Shown here one piece after another: positions 28,898-38,935 of a stretch of DNA of 64,000 bases. Under the pieces are notes generated by a model. That model saw nothing but the letters and a program-made list of their open reading frames with translations, was not told the DNA's origin and did not search any database. Where the stretch lies: positions 83,680 through 147,679 of IMG/VR virus record IMGVR_UViG_3300045988_100686, one strand, 5' to 3'. This DNA is from a virus. The position numbers were made by a program, and so were the translations under genes. Every line of letters starts with the position of its first letter. Within the stretch, counting starts at the first letter, position 1.

Positions 28898-29708
28898 TTA
28901 GATGCCTTCACCATAAGCTATCAAGACAAACCCGCTGGTTCCTTTATAACCTGTAAGATTTCTGCTCCTTCCAGGAACGCCTCCACTTCCAACTACTACT
29001 TTATAAGATTTTCCAGCAGTTACGTTAACATATGTACTATTATATCCTCCCGAATCTCCAACTGTATTAAGACTGCCGCCATAACCGCCTTTCCCATAAT
29101 TTCCATTAGAAGCGGTAAAAGAAAGGGCAAAACCAGTATTATTGTTTTTGCCATTTGGCGTACCTCCCTTTCCTCGTTCATACCAACAATACGGAGTTTC
29201 AGTTTCGCCTTCTATAGTTTTTCCACTCGAGTAGTCTCCCGCCGTTCCACCAGTTGCAGAAACTCCATTAAAAGATGATGGGTCACCATCATCCTCAATA
29301 TAATATCTACTATTGCCACCCCAATCTTCTCCTGGGAAATTACAGCCTGTGCCACCGCCACCACAAACTGCCACACGAACTCTAGTAATTCCTACAGGGG
29401 CAGTCCATGTATAAGTTCCGGGGGTAGTATAAGAATTCTCTGTATACATTAGTGTAGGATCAGCACTAAAAGATGTATTTCCTTGAATACTGAAAGTATA
29501 AGGATTAGTTACGTTAGTGCTCGCATGGAGCTGTAGATTTAAATCCTTGAATTGACTTGATAGAAGAGGAAAGTCTATGTCTGAGTTGTTGAAACAGTTG
29601 TCTAAACCAGTTAACCCAGATGTCTTTCCTCCTCTTTGTAATTTTGTGGAATTCTCCGAGTACCCACCCTGTATGGGGGGGGGCAGCGGCTAGTAATTTT
29701 TTATTCAT
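28898..29708 (-). CDS. glycine-rich fiber-like protein; the N-terminal 87 codons (ATG 29708) are out of frame with the main ORF (ATG 29449) because of a C9 tract
   Basis: ATG 29708 is coupled (ATGAATAA) to the upstream gene stop and has GGAGG 13 nt upstream. With C9 it reads MNKKLLAAAPPHTGW... and stops at 29514. The main-ORF frame is open from 29689 and encodes NPYTFSIQGNTSF upstream of Met29449. ATG 29449 has no SD. Confidence 0.5.
29675..29683. repeat. G9/C9 homopolymeric tract (slippage-prone)
   Basis: It is the only G/C run of 9 or more in an AT-rich window. It sits between the start codon and the body of the glycine-rich fiber gene. Confidence 0.9.
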
Positions 29709-30192
29709 GACTTTCAGGTTCCTCCGTGTCTGACATTGTAAGACTAGGATATAACTTGTCATTCTTATCATAAACAGCGACAGTTACAGGAGTTCCTTTT
29801 AATAGCTGAATACAGTCATCTTCAATGACCTGGCCATTAATAACGACCTTATCACCGGTTTCCCTACGAACAAACAGGTCAACAATGTGTTTATCCTGTT
29901 TCATATCGTTCAACTCAGCTTGCAGCTTTTCGATAACCTCTCGTGCTGCAACTAAGTCTTTCTTATACTCCTCAACCTGTTTACGTGCATAATCACGTTC
30001 AGCTTCCAGAAACATAATTTTAGATTTAGGCACACCGCCTAACCATGAAAGTATAGTATGTTTGAGAGACATTACATCATCGTTCCTTTCCAAAAAAAAC
30101 ATATCACAAGCAAATTTAATGAGTAACATGGAAGATACTAAGTATGCAATCCCTGCCAATAATTCCGTTCCAAATCTTATATCAGTAAACAT
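29701..30192 (-). CDS. hypothetical protein (163 aa) with central coiled coil
   Basis: ORF track. Confidence 0.45.
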   Translation of the reverse strand: MFTDIRFGTELLAGIAYLVSSMLLIKFACDMFFLERNDDVMSLKHTILSWLGGVPKSKIMFLEAERDYARKQVEEYKKDLVAAREVIEKLQAELNDMKQDKHIVDLFVRRETGDKVVINGQVIEDDCIQLLKGTPVTVAVYDKNDKLYPSLTMSDTEEPESHE

Positions 30193-30365
30193 TATTTTTA
30201 CCTATACTGAATTTAATATAATTTTTGCTAAACTTTTGCTTGGTATCAAAATGTTTTTACCGCATATTTCACGCTATATCTATATTTTCGTTACCACTAT
30301 CATGTTGTTCTGAGAATAGATGCTAGGTAAGTAGTAAAAACACGAAGAATCATGGCCTTAACTAT

Positions 30366-30701
30366 TTATACACTTAAGGTAATAGCTTCAACTTCAGCAG
30401 TAGTTGTTGTAGCCTCAACCTTATTCTTAGCTACTCTATAAGCAACATGAAGAGCATTAGATCTTTGAGCTACAGAAGCAATAACCATACAAAGATCATC
30501 TGCAGTAACTTTTACGTCCTTGTTATCTGCAGTAGTCCAATCTATAGAAGCTATTGATTTAGCTAAATTAGATTGAACGTCTAAAGCAATAATGGCCGCA
30601 TTAATGCGGTCACGTGCTTTTTCATCGTAGTCAAAGCTATTATGTGGGGATAAAATGTCCCCACCAACTATTTGCCCTTGCAGCCGCCTTTTTCTTTTCA
30701 A
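30366..30701 (-). CDS. DUF4376-like tail fiber assembly/chaperone protein
   Basis: DYDEKARDRINAAIIALDVQ...WTTADNKDVKVTADDL...AQRSNALHV is shared with 33091..33639 and the C-terminus of 37018..37539. Confidence 0.5.
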   Translation of the reverse strand: MKRKRRLQGQIVGGDILSPHNSFDYDEKARDRINAAIIALDVQSNLAKSIASIDWTTADNKDVKVTADDLCMVIASVAQRSNALHVAYRVAKNKVEATTTTAEVEAITLSV

Positions 30702-30829
30702 AAGTCATCATCTACACCCTCTTCTAATAAACAGCATCAGCAGGAAAAGCACCTAATTCTTTCATGGCATGAACAGGAGTACCAGAAGTATCAGCTAATA
30801 AATTGGGTATTACCACTCCAATTTAAACA

Positions 30830-32008
30830 CTATTTTCTCCCGTCATAACCCAAAGCCGGGATTAACAACGCAAGCACAGTAAATATCCAATTACCGCCGC
30901 TTACAATGAATCCCAATGGCGCAACAGTAACTGATAATATGGTTGAATACAGTAATCGTTGCGGATTATATCTGTTTAAAATGATTAGTATTGTCGGTAG
31001 TGCCACACAAGTACGTATAGTGCCATAAATCAAGAACATATCTGTAATGCCTAAGTTTGTCATAACCATTACGGCAGATGCTACAACAAGCAATGCTATC
31101 ATAGATAATCTGCCAATGCTGATTGACTGTTTCATATCAGCACAAACAATAGATGACAAGGCGCATAGATTACTGTCAAGTGTCGAAACCAAGGCACATA
31201 ATACACATATAGCAAGAATGACTTTCAACGGAAATGACTGAAAAGCCGTCGCAATCGACCATTCTGTACCACCAACACTACAAAAACCAATTAAACCAAA
31301 AATGGCAGGGATGATGCCGAACATCAACGCACTACTGATAAAAGTAGATTTTATTTTTTCGTTGTCTATACTGAAAACTCTCTGCCAGAAAGTCTGGTCA
31401 ACATACGGTGCTGACAACAAACCGATAATAGTAGGTATACCGAATGCCCCTAACAGCTCCATGAAAGGTATGGGTTTTCTGCCCATAATATTCAAAGAAC
31501 CGCCGTCTGCCAGCACTGCCGCAAGCAATATCAGCCCACCAAAAAGCATTAGGAAATACTTGTTGTAATCAGCAAGAATACTGCCCTTGATGCCATCACG
31601 CCAAACCATAGCCAACGCCATAATTGACACAGTGAGTGCTGACAGCCATTTCGGTATATCACCCCACGCCACAAACAGCGTATGCAGTCCCATAAGTTGG
31701 ACGCACGTCGAGCAAATCAGTATAGTACATGATACTGCAAGGTGTAACCTCTGTTGCCCTTTTCCAGCACCTTTGATAGCATCTGTAAGAGTAAATCCAT
31801 CAGTCTTTTGTCTTACCACCGATGCAAAATATGCAAATAGCATAAGCGCAAGGATGTTAGGGATAAGGAACAGCAGGAATCCACCTAAGCCACTGTAATA
31901 TGCTTTCTCACTGCTGACGAATATAGCGGGAGTCCATATCCACGTAGCAGCTATGGATGATGCGTAAAATAATGTTTTAGCGTTTTTCCATAGTAAAAAA
32001 TCTTTCAC
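30830..32008 (-). CDS. polytopic inner-membrane protein (392 aa, about 11-12 TM; transporter/permease-like)
   Basis: It is hydrophobic throughout and has no phage structural signature. Confidence 0.55.
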   Translation of the reverse strand: MKDFLLWKNAKTLFYASSIAATWIWTPAIFVSSEKAYYSGLGGFLLFLIPNILALMLFAYFASVVRQKTDGFTLTDAIKGAGKGQQRLHLAVSCTILICSTCVQLMGLHTLFVAWGDIPKWLSALTVSIMALAMVWRDGIKGSILADYNKYFLMLFGGLILLAAVLADGGSLNIMGRKPIPFMELLGAFGIPTIIGLLSAPYVDQTFWQRVFSIDNEKIKSTFISSALMFGIIPAIFGLIGFCSVGGTEWSIATAFQSFPLKVILAICVLCALVSTLDSNLCALSSIVCADMKQSISIGRLSMIALLVVASAVMVMTNLGITDMFLIYGTIRTCVALPTILIILNRYNPQRLLYSTILSVTVAPLGFIVSGGNWIFTVLALLIPALGYDGRK

Positions 32009-32059
32009 GATATTTTCTACTTCCTAACTAAAGTTTAAAGAAATTTTTCTTAAATAGAT

Positions 32060-33100
32060 TTACAATATTTTTGCTTTAGTTGGAACTTTTTTTACTCCGT
32101 CATGATAGAAGCTTATAGACAGGCTAGGCTCTTTTAGTTTACTGTTCATATAATGATCGTCACCTAAGAACTTGTAAATGTATTCCTTAAAAGGCATTTT
32201 ATAATCTGTCTCTTTAATATAAGCACAGTTTTCTTTATAGTGGCTCATAGACCATTGCTGGAATTTGACTGTATTATAAAAATGATATGTATTTTGTCTA
32301 TCGCCTGTGAAATAGAGACCTACTTGGTGTAATCTCAACAAAACTAACATATACTTAAATATAAAATTTAATGCCCACAAAAATTCTGATAGAGTAGTAT
32401 TCTTCCTATTAGTGCCTAAAAATTCGTAGATAGATTTTTCGCAAAATTTTATAGCAGATTCGGTACCGTTCATTTTGCCTGTAAGGATAGGCTTATATTT
32501 ATTTTCATATTCTGGCTTCTCATAAGGCTTCATGAACAAATCTTTTTCTATGACTTCCTGCATCATAATATTTCTTTGCTCATAGGTAAACCTCATTGTA
32601 ACCATACTACCAGTAAGTTGGTCACCTATTTCTCCTGTGACAAACAGAATATCTTTATCATCTTTTAATGACAATAAGTCAACTAGCCCACGCTCATTAA
32701 ATAGTCTATAATCACAGTTGAACTCCTTGTTTACTATTTTGTCATATAGCATGGGATATTCATTACGAGAATTATTATCCATGAAGACGTAGAAGAAGAT
32801 ACCGGATTTTACTAAAGCACAGAATACTAGAGTAGAGTCAATGCCTCCACTCCATAGCAGACATACTTTTTTGCCTTTGCTTTGTTCAAGCAATTGTTTA
32901 AGTGAATCATTAAATGCATCTTCTAGCGTTACGTCAGCTTTTTCTGGAATAGGTATAATATATGGCGATTTATGGGATTCCTTAAAACGGTCTATTGTTC
33001 TACGTTGTACTCCTGTAAATCTTTCTAAGTTTTCTTCATCTACAGATATACTCTTCATTCTAAATATATGAAGAATAAGATTATCTAAACTTACTCCCAT
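32060..33100 (-). CDS. PP-loop ATP pyrophosphatase superfamily protein (adenine-nucleotide alpha-hydrolase-like), 346 aa
   Basis: KVCLLWSGGIDSTLVFCAL matches the SGGxDS PP-loop (QueC/AsnB/TilS-type). Confidence 0.6.
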   Translation of the reverse strand: MGVSLDNLILHIFRMKSISVDEENLERFTGVQRRTIDRFKESHKSPYIIPIPEKADVTLEDAFNDSLKQLLEQSKGKKVCLLWSGGIDSTLVFCALVKSGIFFYVFMDNNSRNEYPMLYDKIVNKEFNCDYRLFNERGLVDLLSLKDDKDILFVTGEIGDQLTGSMVTMRFTYEQRNIMMQEVIEKDLFMKPYEKPEYENKYKPILTGKMNGTESAIKFCEKSIYEFLGTNRKNTTLSEFLWALNFIFKYMLVLLRLHQVGLYFTGDRQNTYHFYNTVKFQQWSMSHYKENCAYIKETDYKMPFKEYIYKFLGDDHYMNSKLKEPSLSISFYHDGVKKVPTKAKIL

Positions 33101-33639
33101 GATACACTCTCCACCTCTTCCTTACTTGTAGCAGACAAAACATTATCTCTAAGCTGTCTATACTTTACATGAAGAAGATTAGAACGCTGTGCTACGCACC
33201 CTACTATATTCTTTAAGTCTTGGGCGGAAAGTTCTACATTACAATCATCAGCAGTTGTCCAAGGGATTGTAGCATCTGCCCCCTGTAGTTCAAGTGCGAT
33301 AATTGCCGCATTTATTCTATCTCTTGCTCGCTCGTCATAATCATAGATGTTAAAATCGTATTCAATAGGTTTTGTTTCTTCTGTATTTCTGTCGTTTTTA
33401 AGAAGAGTGATTTTATGCTCCTTAAATTTTTCGAGCGTCATTTCTCCTGTGTCAGCCGCAATGATAGTTAAGCCGACACCTTCTTGAAATTTAATAACGT
33501 CTCCTACTTTACACTCAATATTAGTAACGTCTATCCAATAGATTTCTGGTGAGTGGATATTTTTCCAATTGGAAAAAGACATTGTCTCTTCATAAATTGC
33601 TTTTATCTGACCGTATAATACTTCTGCATATCTGTTCAT
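33091..33639 (-). CDS. DUF4376-like tail fiber assembly/chaperone protein (182 aa)
   Basis: DYDERARDRINAAIIALELQ...WTTADDCNVELSAQDL...AQRSNLLHV is present. Confidence 0.55.
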   Translation of the reverse strand: MNRYAEVLYGQIKAIYEETMSFSNWKNIHSPEIYWIDVTNIECKVGDVIKFQEGVGLTIIAADTGEMTLEKFKEHKITLLKNDRNTEETKPIEYDFNIYDYDERARDRINAAIIALELQGADATIPWTTADDCNVELSAQDLKNIVGCVAQRSNLLHVKYRQLRDNVLSATSKEEVESVSWE

Positions 33640-33657
33640 TCTTTTATCTTCCTTTTG

Positions 33658-35739
33658 TCATAAACAGGGGGTCTGATTATTTATATTATAATCCCAACTA
33701 ATAAGTGGTAGAGAAGCCATACTAGAAGAATTAACTGTTAACGAATATGTTTCTCCAGAATTTACTCTAATATAATTATTTACTGTACTCGTTACCCAAT
33801 TAGTACTTTCACTATCTCCATTATCCCACATAGCAGCAGAGCACCAAGTGTTACTTGTTTCTGTATTTACAACAGATTGAGATTGGCTTCTGCTACTATT
33901 ATAGCCACCTGCTTGTACATAAATAACTTTTACACCTTTAGGTACTGTAAATGTAATATTGCCTGTAGACGTAAATCTGTAACTTCCTGCGGTCAACGGT
34001 CTCAATAATAGTCTGTCATACTCAACAACTGCTTTTGTATGGTCTGATGCAGTCCCAGTAGTTAACTGAGTTGCAGTTATAGCTAGTTCTGTACAGTGAG
34101 CTTGGGCTGAAGTCATACACTTAACTTCTACTTTATAGTATTTGTAAAACTCTGTGTTAGAAGACAAGTCTATATCCCAAGAAGCTTTACTTGTATAGTT
34201 AGTATTTCTTACAATTTTTATAGGAACCCATGTATTATTATTGTAACTACCGTACACAGCTACTAGAATAGGATATACGGTCCAATTTTTGTAAGAAATC
34301 TTTGTTACTTTTAGCGGATTAGGATTATAAAATATTAAGTATCCACTGCCAGTATTAGCAGCCCAGTATTTAGTATCTGTTCCATCAAAAGCCATCCAAG
34401 GCATATATGAAGTGCTGTATTGAGCAGATGCTGATACCGCAAATGAACTACCACCAAGAGTTCCATTAGCAGTTAGTGTAGGTTGCGTCCAAGCTGTTTC
34501 TTTATAATATTTAGTAGAATATAATTTTGTAGGTACTTTACAGTTAATAGTAGATGCAAAAGGATTTTCTCTATTTGCATATACTCCGTATACATTTCTT
34601 TTTGAATGCTTAATAGGAGCACCATTATTAGATAAATTTTTAATAATTACCCAACCATCCTGCCCTTTTTTACCATTGGCGGCTTCATTAGTATAATTAT
34701 AAGATGCACCACCTACGCCTCCTATACCTCCAAGACCATAGGATTTGCATGGAGAACCGCCATATGCTCCATAGGAAACCGAGTGTGCTTTTGTTCCACC
34801 ATCTCCTCCTTGAGCCTCTATCCCAAAGAATGAAGAAGTTCCACCTTTTGAACCAGGTTTTGAATCACAATCTGAGCCATTTCCATAAACACCTGGACTT
34901 CCTGCACCACCCTCTCCTACTACTATTTGATAGGTTCCAGCAGGAACATAAATTATTGAATTTATTAATGCACCTCTACCTCCAGACCCCCCACCTGCTG
35001 ATTTATCTCCAGCTTTTTGTGCAGCACCTGAACCTCCGCCACCGGCTCCTGCTATTTCTACCTCTAGATATTTATCAGAACTTAAAGTTAATGTGTATGT
35101 TCCAGGGGAATCATAATATTTATCAACTAACTCTTCACTATTTTCAGTTAATAACTCTGGGTCGCTTGTTCTGGTATAGAGAGGAATTTCTACAGTTTCT
35201 GGATTTCTCCATATACCGTTAATAGTTAAGAATCCCATAGATGCATAAGTCTGACTATTTGTAGAAGTAATCTTATAACGATAATATCTATACCATCCTT
35301 GCTTAGTAGACGGTATATATACTGTCCACATCGCATTGACAGTATCATTTGTATTTTGATACGTTGTAAGTGTAGTCCAATGGGAATCGTCATTAGAGCC
35401 TTGCAATTCTAAGTCTTTAGCCATACCCATATGCTGACTTCTATTTCTATGAGTTATAGAATATAATTTTGCCCCTTTAGGGAAATACATAGTATAGTAA
35501 TAAGGGTCAGACGTAGTTGGCGCAGAATTTTTTGAAATAGCACAATTTGTTCCCTCAAAATACTGGAAAGAATGGTGTGCATAATAATCTCCATTATAAT
35601 AGCTACTAGCTCTTACGGCGAATTTATCTCCGCCTACTGTTCCGTCCTCTGTAAGAATAGGCTGTATAAATACTTCCTCTCTACCAGAGTAGTGCATAGC
35701 ATTTCTAAATTCTGGCATATTACCATACCTCCAAACCAC
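33658..35739 (-). CDS. glycine-rich tail fiber protein (693 aa)
   Basis: It carries a Gly-rich block AGAGGGGSGAAQKAG..GGSGGRG...GGAGSPG similar to 28898..29449, plus a large C-terminal beta-rich region. Confidence 0.55.
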   Translation of the reverse strand: MVWRYGNMPEFRNAMHYSGREEVFIQPILTEDGTVGGDKFAVRASSYYNGDYYAHHSFQYFEGTNCAISKNSAPTTSDPYYYTMYFPKGAKLYSITHRNRSQHMGMAKDLELQGSNDDSHWTTLTTYQNTNDTVNAMWTVYIPSTKQGWYRYYRYKITSTNSQTYASMGFLTINGIWRNPETVEIPLYTRTSDPELLTENSEELVDKYYDSPGTYTLTLSSDKYLEVEIAGAGGGGSGAAQKAGDKSAGGGSGGRGALINSIIYVPAGTYQIVVGEGGAGSPGVYGNGSDCDSKPGSKGGTSSFFGIEAQGGDGGTKAHSVSYGAYGGSPCKSYGLGGIGGVGGASYNYTNEAANGKKGQDGWVIIKNLSNNGAPIKHSKRNVYGVYANRENPFASTINCKVPTKLYSTKYYKETAWTQPTLTANGTLGGSSFAVSASAQYSTSYMPWMAFDGTDTKYWAANTGSGYLIFYNPNPLKVTKISYKNWTVYPILVAVYGSYNNNTWVPIKIVRNTNYTSKASWDIDLSSNTEFYKYYKVEVKCMTSAQAHCTELAITATQLTTGTASDHTKAVVEYDRLLLRPLTAGSYRFTSTGNITFTVPKGVKVIYVQAGGYNSSRSQSQSVVNTETSNTWCSAAMWDNGDSESTNWVTSTVNNYIRVNSGETYSLTVNSSSMASLPLISWDYNINNQTPCL

Positions 35740-37015
35740 TAGGTAAAATTAAGTGATTGTCAGTAGTCAATAGTCCTCCTATTTTTTCGGACATATCAGA
35801 TACATCTATTGCAGACTTATTAGTTATACCTGTAGCTGTTAATTTGTATCCCCATACTCTACGGGGATAAACTTTACTATTAGACTTTCTAATCCAAGTA
35901 GTTTCTGAAGATGTATTAAAATTAAAATTCCAGTACCACCCATCTACTCCAGTGTTGACATAAAAATAATAACTAGTTACTCCTGAGTCTTTTGATTTTT
36001 GTATTTCTTCTTGTAATTTCTTAGTATTTATATAGTCTGTATAACACATTACACCACTTACATCATAAGTAGTAGCAAATTCTATTTTTAAGAAATCATA
36101 ATTTCTCCAAGAATCACTGAATGTAATATCTCCAGTCCAACCAGAACTATTTCCTAAGACATCAAATAATTTCGTTTCCGTCATTTGGTCAGCAAAGTAA
36201 CTCTGCATCTTAGCGATAGCAGTAGCATGAGTATTAAGAGTACCCGCTACAAAGTTGTCTACTTTTGTATTAAGGGCTGTACTATTGTTTACTACATTGG
36301 TAACGTTTGTGCTGCCAGTAGTTTCTTCAATATTACCAAAAGCTTTTACGCACCATAGTGGTCTAGTAACGTGTGGAGTATTTGCTCCTTGCCCGCAAGC
36401 GTACCAACTAGCATATCCATTAGTATTACGGGTATTAGTAAATGTAGCAGACGACTCATTTCTAGTAGCAAGAGTAGCTGCAGAAAGATTGCCATCATAT
36501 GATTGTGTAAATTCTACATGATATAGTGTATTCTTAAATCGTTTTGGAAATGCAATAGTTTTCTTAGTATAAGCATTATAAGCGTCTAATCTACCACCTT
36601 GTTCTACCCAGCCACTTTTCCAAATTCTCCACCAATTATAGCTGTCTTTGCCTTCGTCTATTACGAAGTCCATAGTCATAGTATCCCGACCTAGATTTAA
36701 GCAAGTAGGAACACGGAAATTAGTAGAGCCATCTCCGTCTGAGTAGTAGGGAACATGACCGTTGTTTTTTAGGTATTTAGTCTGCCAAGCAGATTCACTT
36801 AATAATTGCTCAGAGTGAGTATTTACATAATTCCAAAGGTCGGAATAAGTGCTTCTAGAATAAAGTAAGCCAGTCAAAGGCAGACTGCCTGAAGGCGCTG
36901 TACTACCCATAGTAATATAGACATGACCTACTGGCAATAATCCATTACCACTACTAGTTTGAGGAGTAGTTACACTTAGCACCTCCCATTTAGCTGTATT
37001 ATCTGTAATAGCCAT
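35720..37015 (-). CDS. tail fiber protein with WWRIWKSGWVEQGG tip domain (431 aa)
   Basis: Shared tip motif. Confidence 0.55.
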   Translation of the reverse strand: MAITDNTAKWEVLSVTTPQTSSGNGLLPVGHVYITMGSTAPSGSLPLTGLLYSRSTYSDLWNYVNTHSEQLLSESAWQTKYLKNNGHVPYYSDGDGSTNFRVPTCLNLGRDTMTMDFVIDEGKDSYNWWRIWKSGWVEQGGRLDAYNAYTKKTIAFPKRFKNTLYHVEFTQSYDGNLSAATLATRNESSATFTNTRNTNGYASWYACGQGANTPHVTRPLWCVKAFGNIEETTGSTNVTNVVNNSTALNTKVDNFVAGTLNTHATAIAKMQSYFADQMTETKLFDVLGNSSGWTGDITFSDSWRNYDFLKIEFATTYDVSGVMCYTDYINTKKLQEEIQKSKDSGVTSYYFYVNTGVDGWYWNFNFNTSSETTWIRKSNSKVYPRRVWGYKLTATGITNKSAIDVSDMSEKIGGLLTTDNHLILPSGLEVW

Positions 37016-37017
37016 AC

Positions 37018-37539
37018 TTAATTCTCCTTGTTAAATAATGCGTCTAATTCTTCTACTGTTGTGCAGTTATTAACCTGTTCTTGCATTGTCCACCCCTCTT
37101 GCTTGCAGAGACCGATATGCATAGATAAATCAGCGCACCATTGCATTACCTGTTCAGCAGATAGCATAAAAATAGATTTATTAATAGCCCCATCTGCATA
37201 ACCTCGCACAGGACAACCATCTGGATATTTTTCAGCGAACAAAGAAGTATTTACGTTAAGAGCAATACCTTGCATAGTAAGTTGGGTATCTTTGTCAGAA
37301 TCATATTTTACAGATTCTCCGCTAGCAGTACTCGTAAATCCACCTACTATTTTATCAGCGGTTAATTTATCTACTAATTTGAGTTTTTCTGCTTTTAATT
37401 CATCAAGTGTAGGGCTAGGAATGGCTACTACTTCATAGTAATTACCTTTATCCTGTATAGTAGCATTATTAGAATTACACCATACTGCAAGGTCAGCATA
37501 TTTACTCATATCATTTTTATAAATTTTAGTGCCTAACAT
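37018..37539 (-). CDS. tail fiber assembly/chaperone-like protein (173 aa)
   Basis: The C-terminus ...CTTVEELDALF resembles the DUF4376 tail. It lies immediately downstream of a fiber gene. Confidence 0.45.
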   Translation of the reverse strand: MLGTKIYKNDMSKYADLAVWCNSNNATIQDKGNYYEVVAIPSPTLDELKAEKLKLVDKLTADKIVGGFTSTASGESVKYDSDKDTQLTMQGIALNVNTSLFAEKYPDGCPVRGYADGAINKSIFMLSAEQVMQWCADLSMHIGLCKQEGWTMQEQVNNCTTVEELDALFNKEN

Positions 37540-37543
37540 TTAT

Positions 37544-38935
37544 TTACGCTCCTTGTCCTTCAACTTTCCAAAACAGTGTTTTATATCCTCCAGCACTATT
37601 GTACACAGAAAAACTTGTAGTTGTTGGGACTGAATTTATCCATACATTTTCATTGTTGGAGTCAGTTGTAATATTATCTGCACGTTCTGTAAAAATAATT
37701 GTGTAGTCAATATTCTTCATAGGTTGATGAAGAGTTATTGTTGTTGTAACATTGTCTGGAAGTATTTTAGAAATATATCCGCCTTGTTCTAACCATCCGT
37801 CAGACCATTTTCTATACCAATTGGCTCTGTTTTGATAGGTTTTTACTACGAATTTACTATTACTCTCGTGAGTATTCATTCTAGTAGAGATACTTTCAAT
37901 TCCGGTCAATACGTTTTTTAAGTCTGTATTGTTGCTATTTACTATAGTACCGAATGCTTTAATTACCCATACACCATTCATTGTGTCTGGATTAATTGCA
38001 ATAGTTCCTGAAACACTACTTCCGCTAGCACTTAAAGGCATAGAGGTTATCATATTACCAACATAAGAAGTTACGTCTCCTGAGTAGCCACCGCCCCCAC
38101 CAGAACCATTCCAACTACGAGAGCCAGATGTAGGTTTCAATGGGAAAGATTGTAGGGCACTTGTAGCTAAGAATGAACCTGAATTATTAGCAGTATTGTA
38201 ACCGAAACCGTGATAGTGATTACTAATTAAATCAGCAACACCAGCAGAAGAGTCTGCTTTAAATGTTCCAATCTTACTATTATCTGTGTTTCCTTTTGCG
38301 TATCCTGCTAGTAACGGAGTTCTAAACGTAGAAGAACCGTCGCCGCTGGAATAGTAAGGTACAAATTTACCTCCAGACGCTGTATATTTCTTCTGCCACT
38401 CTGTTTCTGTAATAACTAAGCCAGACTTACTTTGAGCATAAGCCCATAAAGCAGAGTATGTAGAGCGACTATACGCAACACCCGTAGCTAAAATTTCGTC
38501 CTCGTCTTTTTCTGCTATATTATAAATCCATCTTACGGCGCCTATTCTATACACAGAAGAAAAATCAGCCAAAATTGCATCAGAAGTTATAGAAGGTTGA
38601 GAAGAACCTGTGGTACCAGCTTGTACACATTTTAATATTTTGCCTGTATTAGCTCTACCTGCCGGAATTCTAATATCTCCTACTTTAACAGCTTCGCTAG
38701 CTTTCCAGTAAAATTCTCCTGTATCAAAGGAAAAGGGACCCCACGAACTATCTGTCCGTTTAATTAGAAACTCACTGGAGTCTGAAGAACTTCCTGCCTC
38801 ACTAGGGTTAATCCAGATAGCGTTAACCGGCAGGTTTGCTGGAGGATTCGTACCCACATAAACATAATTAGAGAATTTTGATTTTAGCTTCCCATAGAAA
38901 TATGAGAGACCGTTTTCATCTAAAAATTTAGCCAC
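37544..38935 (-). CDS. tail fiber protein with WYRKWSDGWLEQGG tip domain (463 aa)
   Basis: Shared tip motif. The N-terminus MAKFLDENGLSYFYGKLKSKF is like that of 39386..40591. Confidence 0.55.
   Translation of the reverse strand: MAKFLDENGLSYFYGKLKSKFSNYVYVGTNPPANLPVNAIWINPSEAGSSSDSSEFLIKRTDSSWGPFSFDTGEFYWKASEAVKVGDIRIPAGRANTGKILKCVQAGTTGSSQPSITSDAILADFSSVYRIGAVRWIYNIAEKDEDEILATGVAYSRSTYSALWAYAQSKSGLVITETEWQKKYTASGGKFVPYYSSGDGSSTFRTPLLAGYAKGNTDNSKIGTFKADSSAGVADLISNHYHGFGYNTANNSGSFLATSALQSFPLKPTSGSRSWNGSGGGGGYSGDVTSYVGNMITSMPLSASGSSVSGTIAINPDTMNGVWVIKAFGTIVNSNNTDLKNVLTGIESISTRMNTHESNSKFVVKTYQNRANWYRKWSDGWLEQGGYISKILPDNVTTTITLHQPMKNIDYTIIFTERADNITTDSNNENVWINSVPTTTSFSVYNSAGGYKTLFWKVEGQGA

Noticed and set aside
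29514-29771. 85-aa ORF as an independent gene
   Set aside because: It is the out-of-frame continuation of the coupled start at 29708 after the C9 tract. It is interpreted as the frameshifted 5' part of the glycine-rich fiber gene.
34704-35222. Plus-strand ORFs nested in minus-strand genes (also 2164..2370, 7979..8809, 40868..42040, 54532..55767 and others)
   Set aside because: These are shadow ORFs antisense to long, well-supported genes. They have no SD and are compositionally biased (for example His/Leu-rich from AT-rich antisense).
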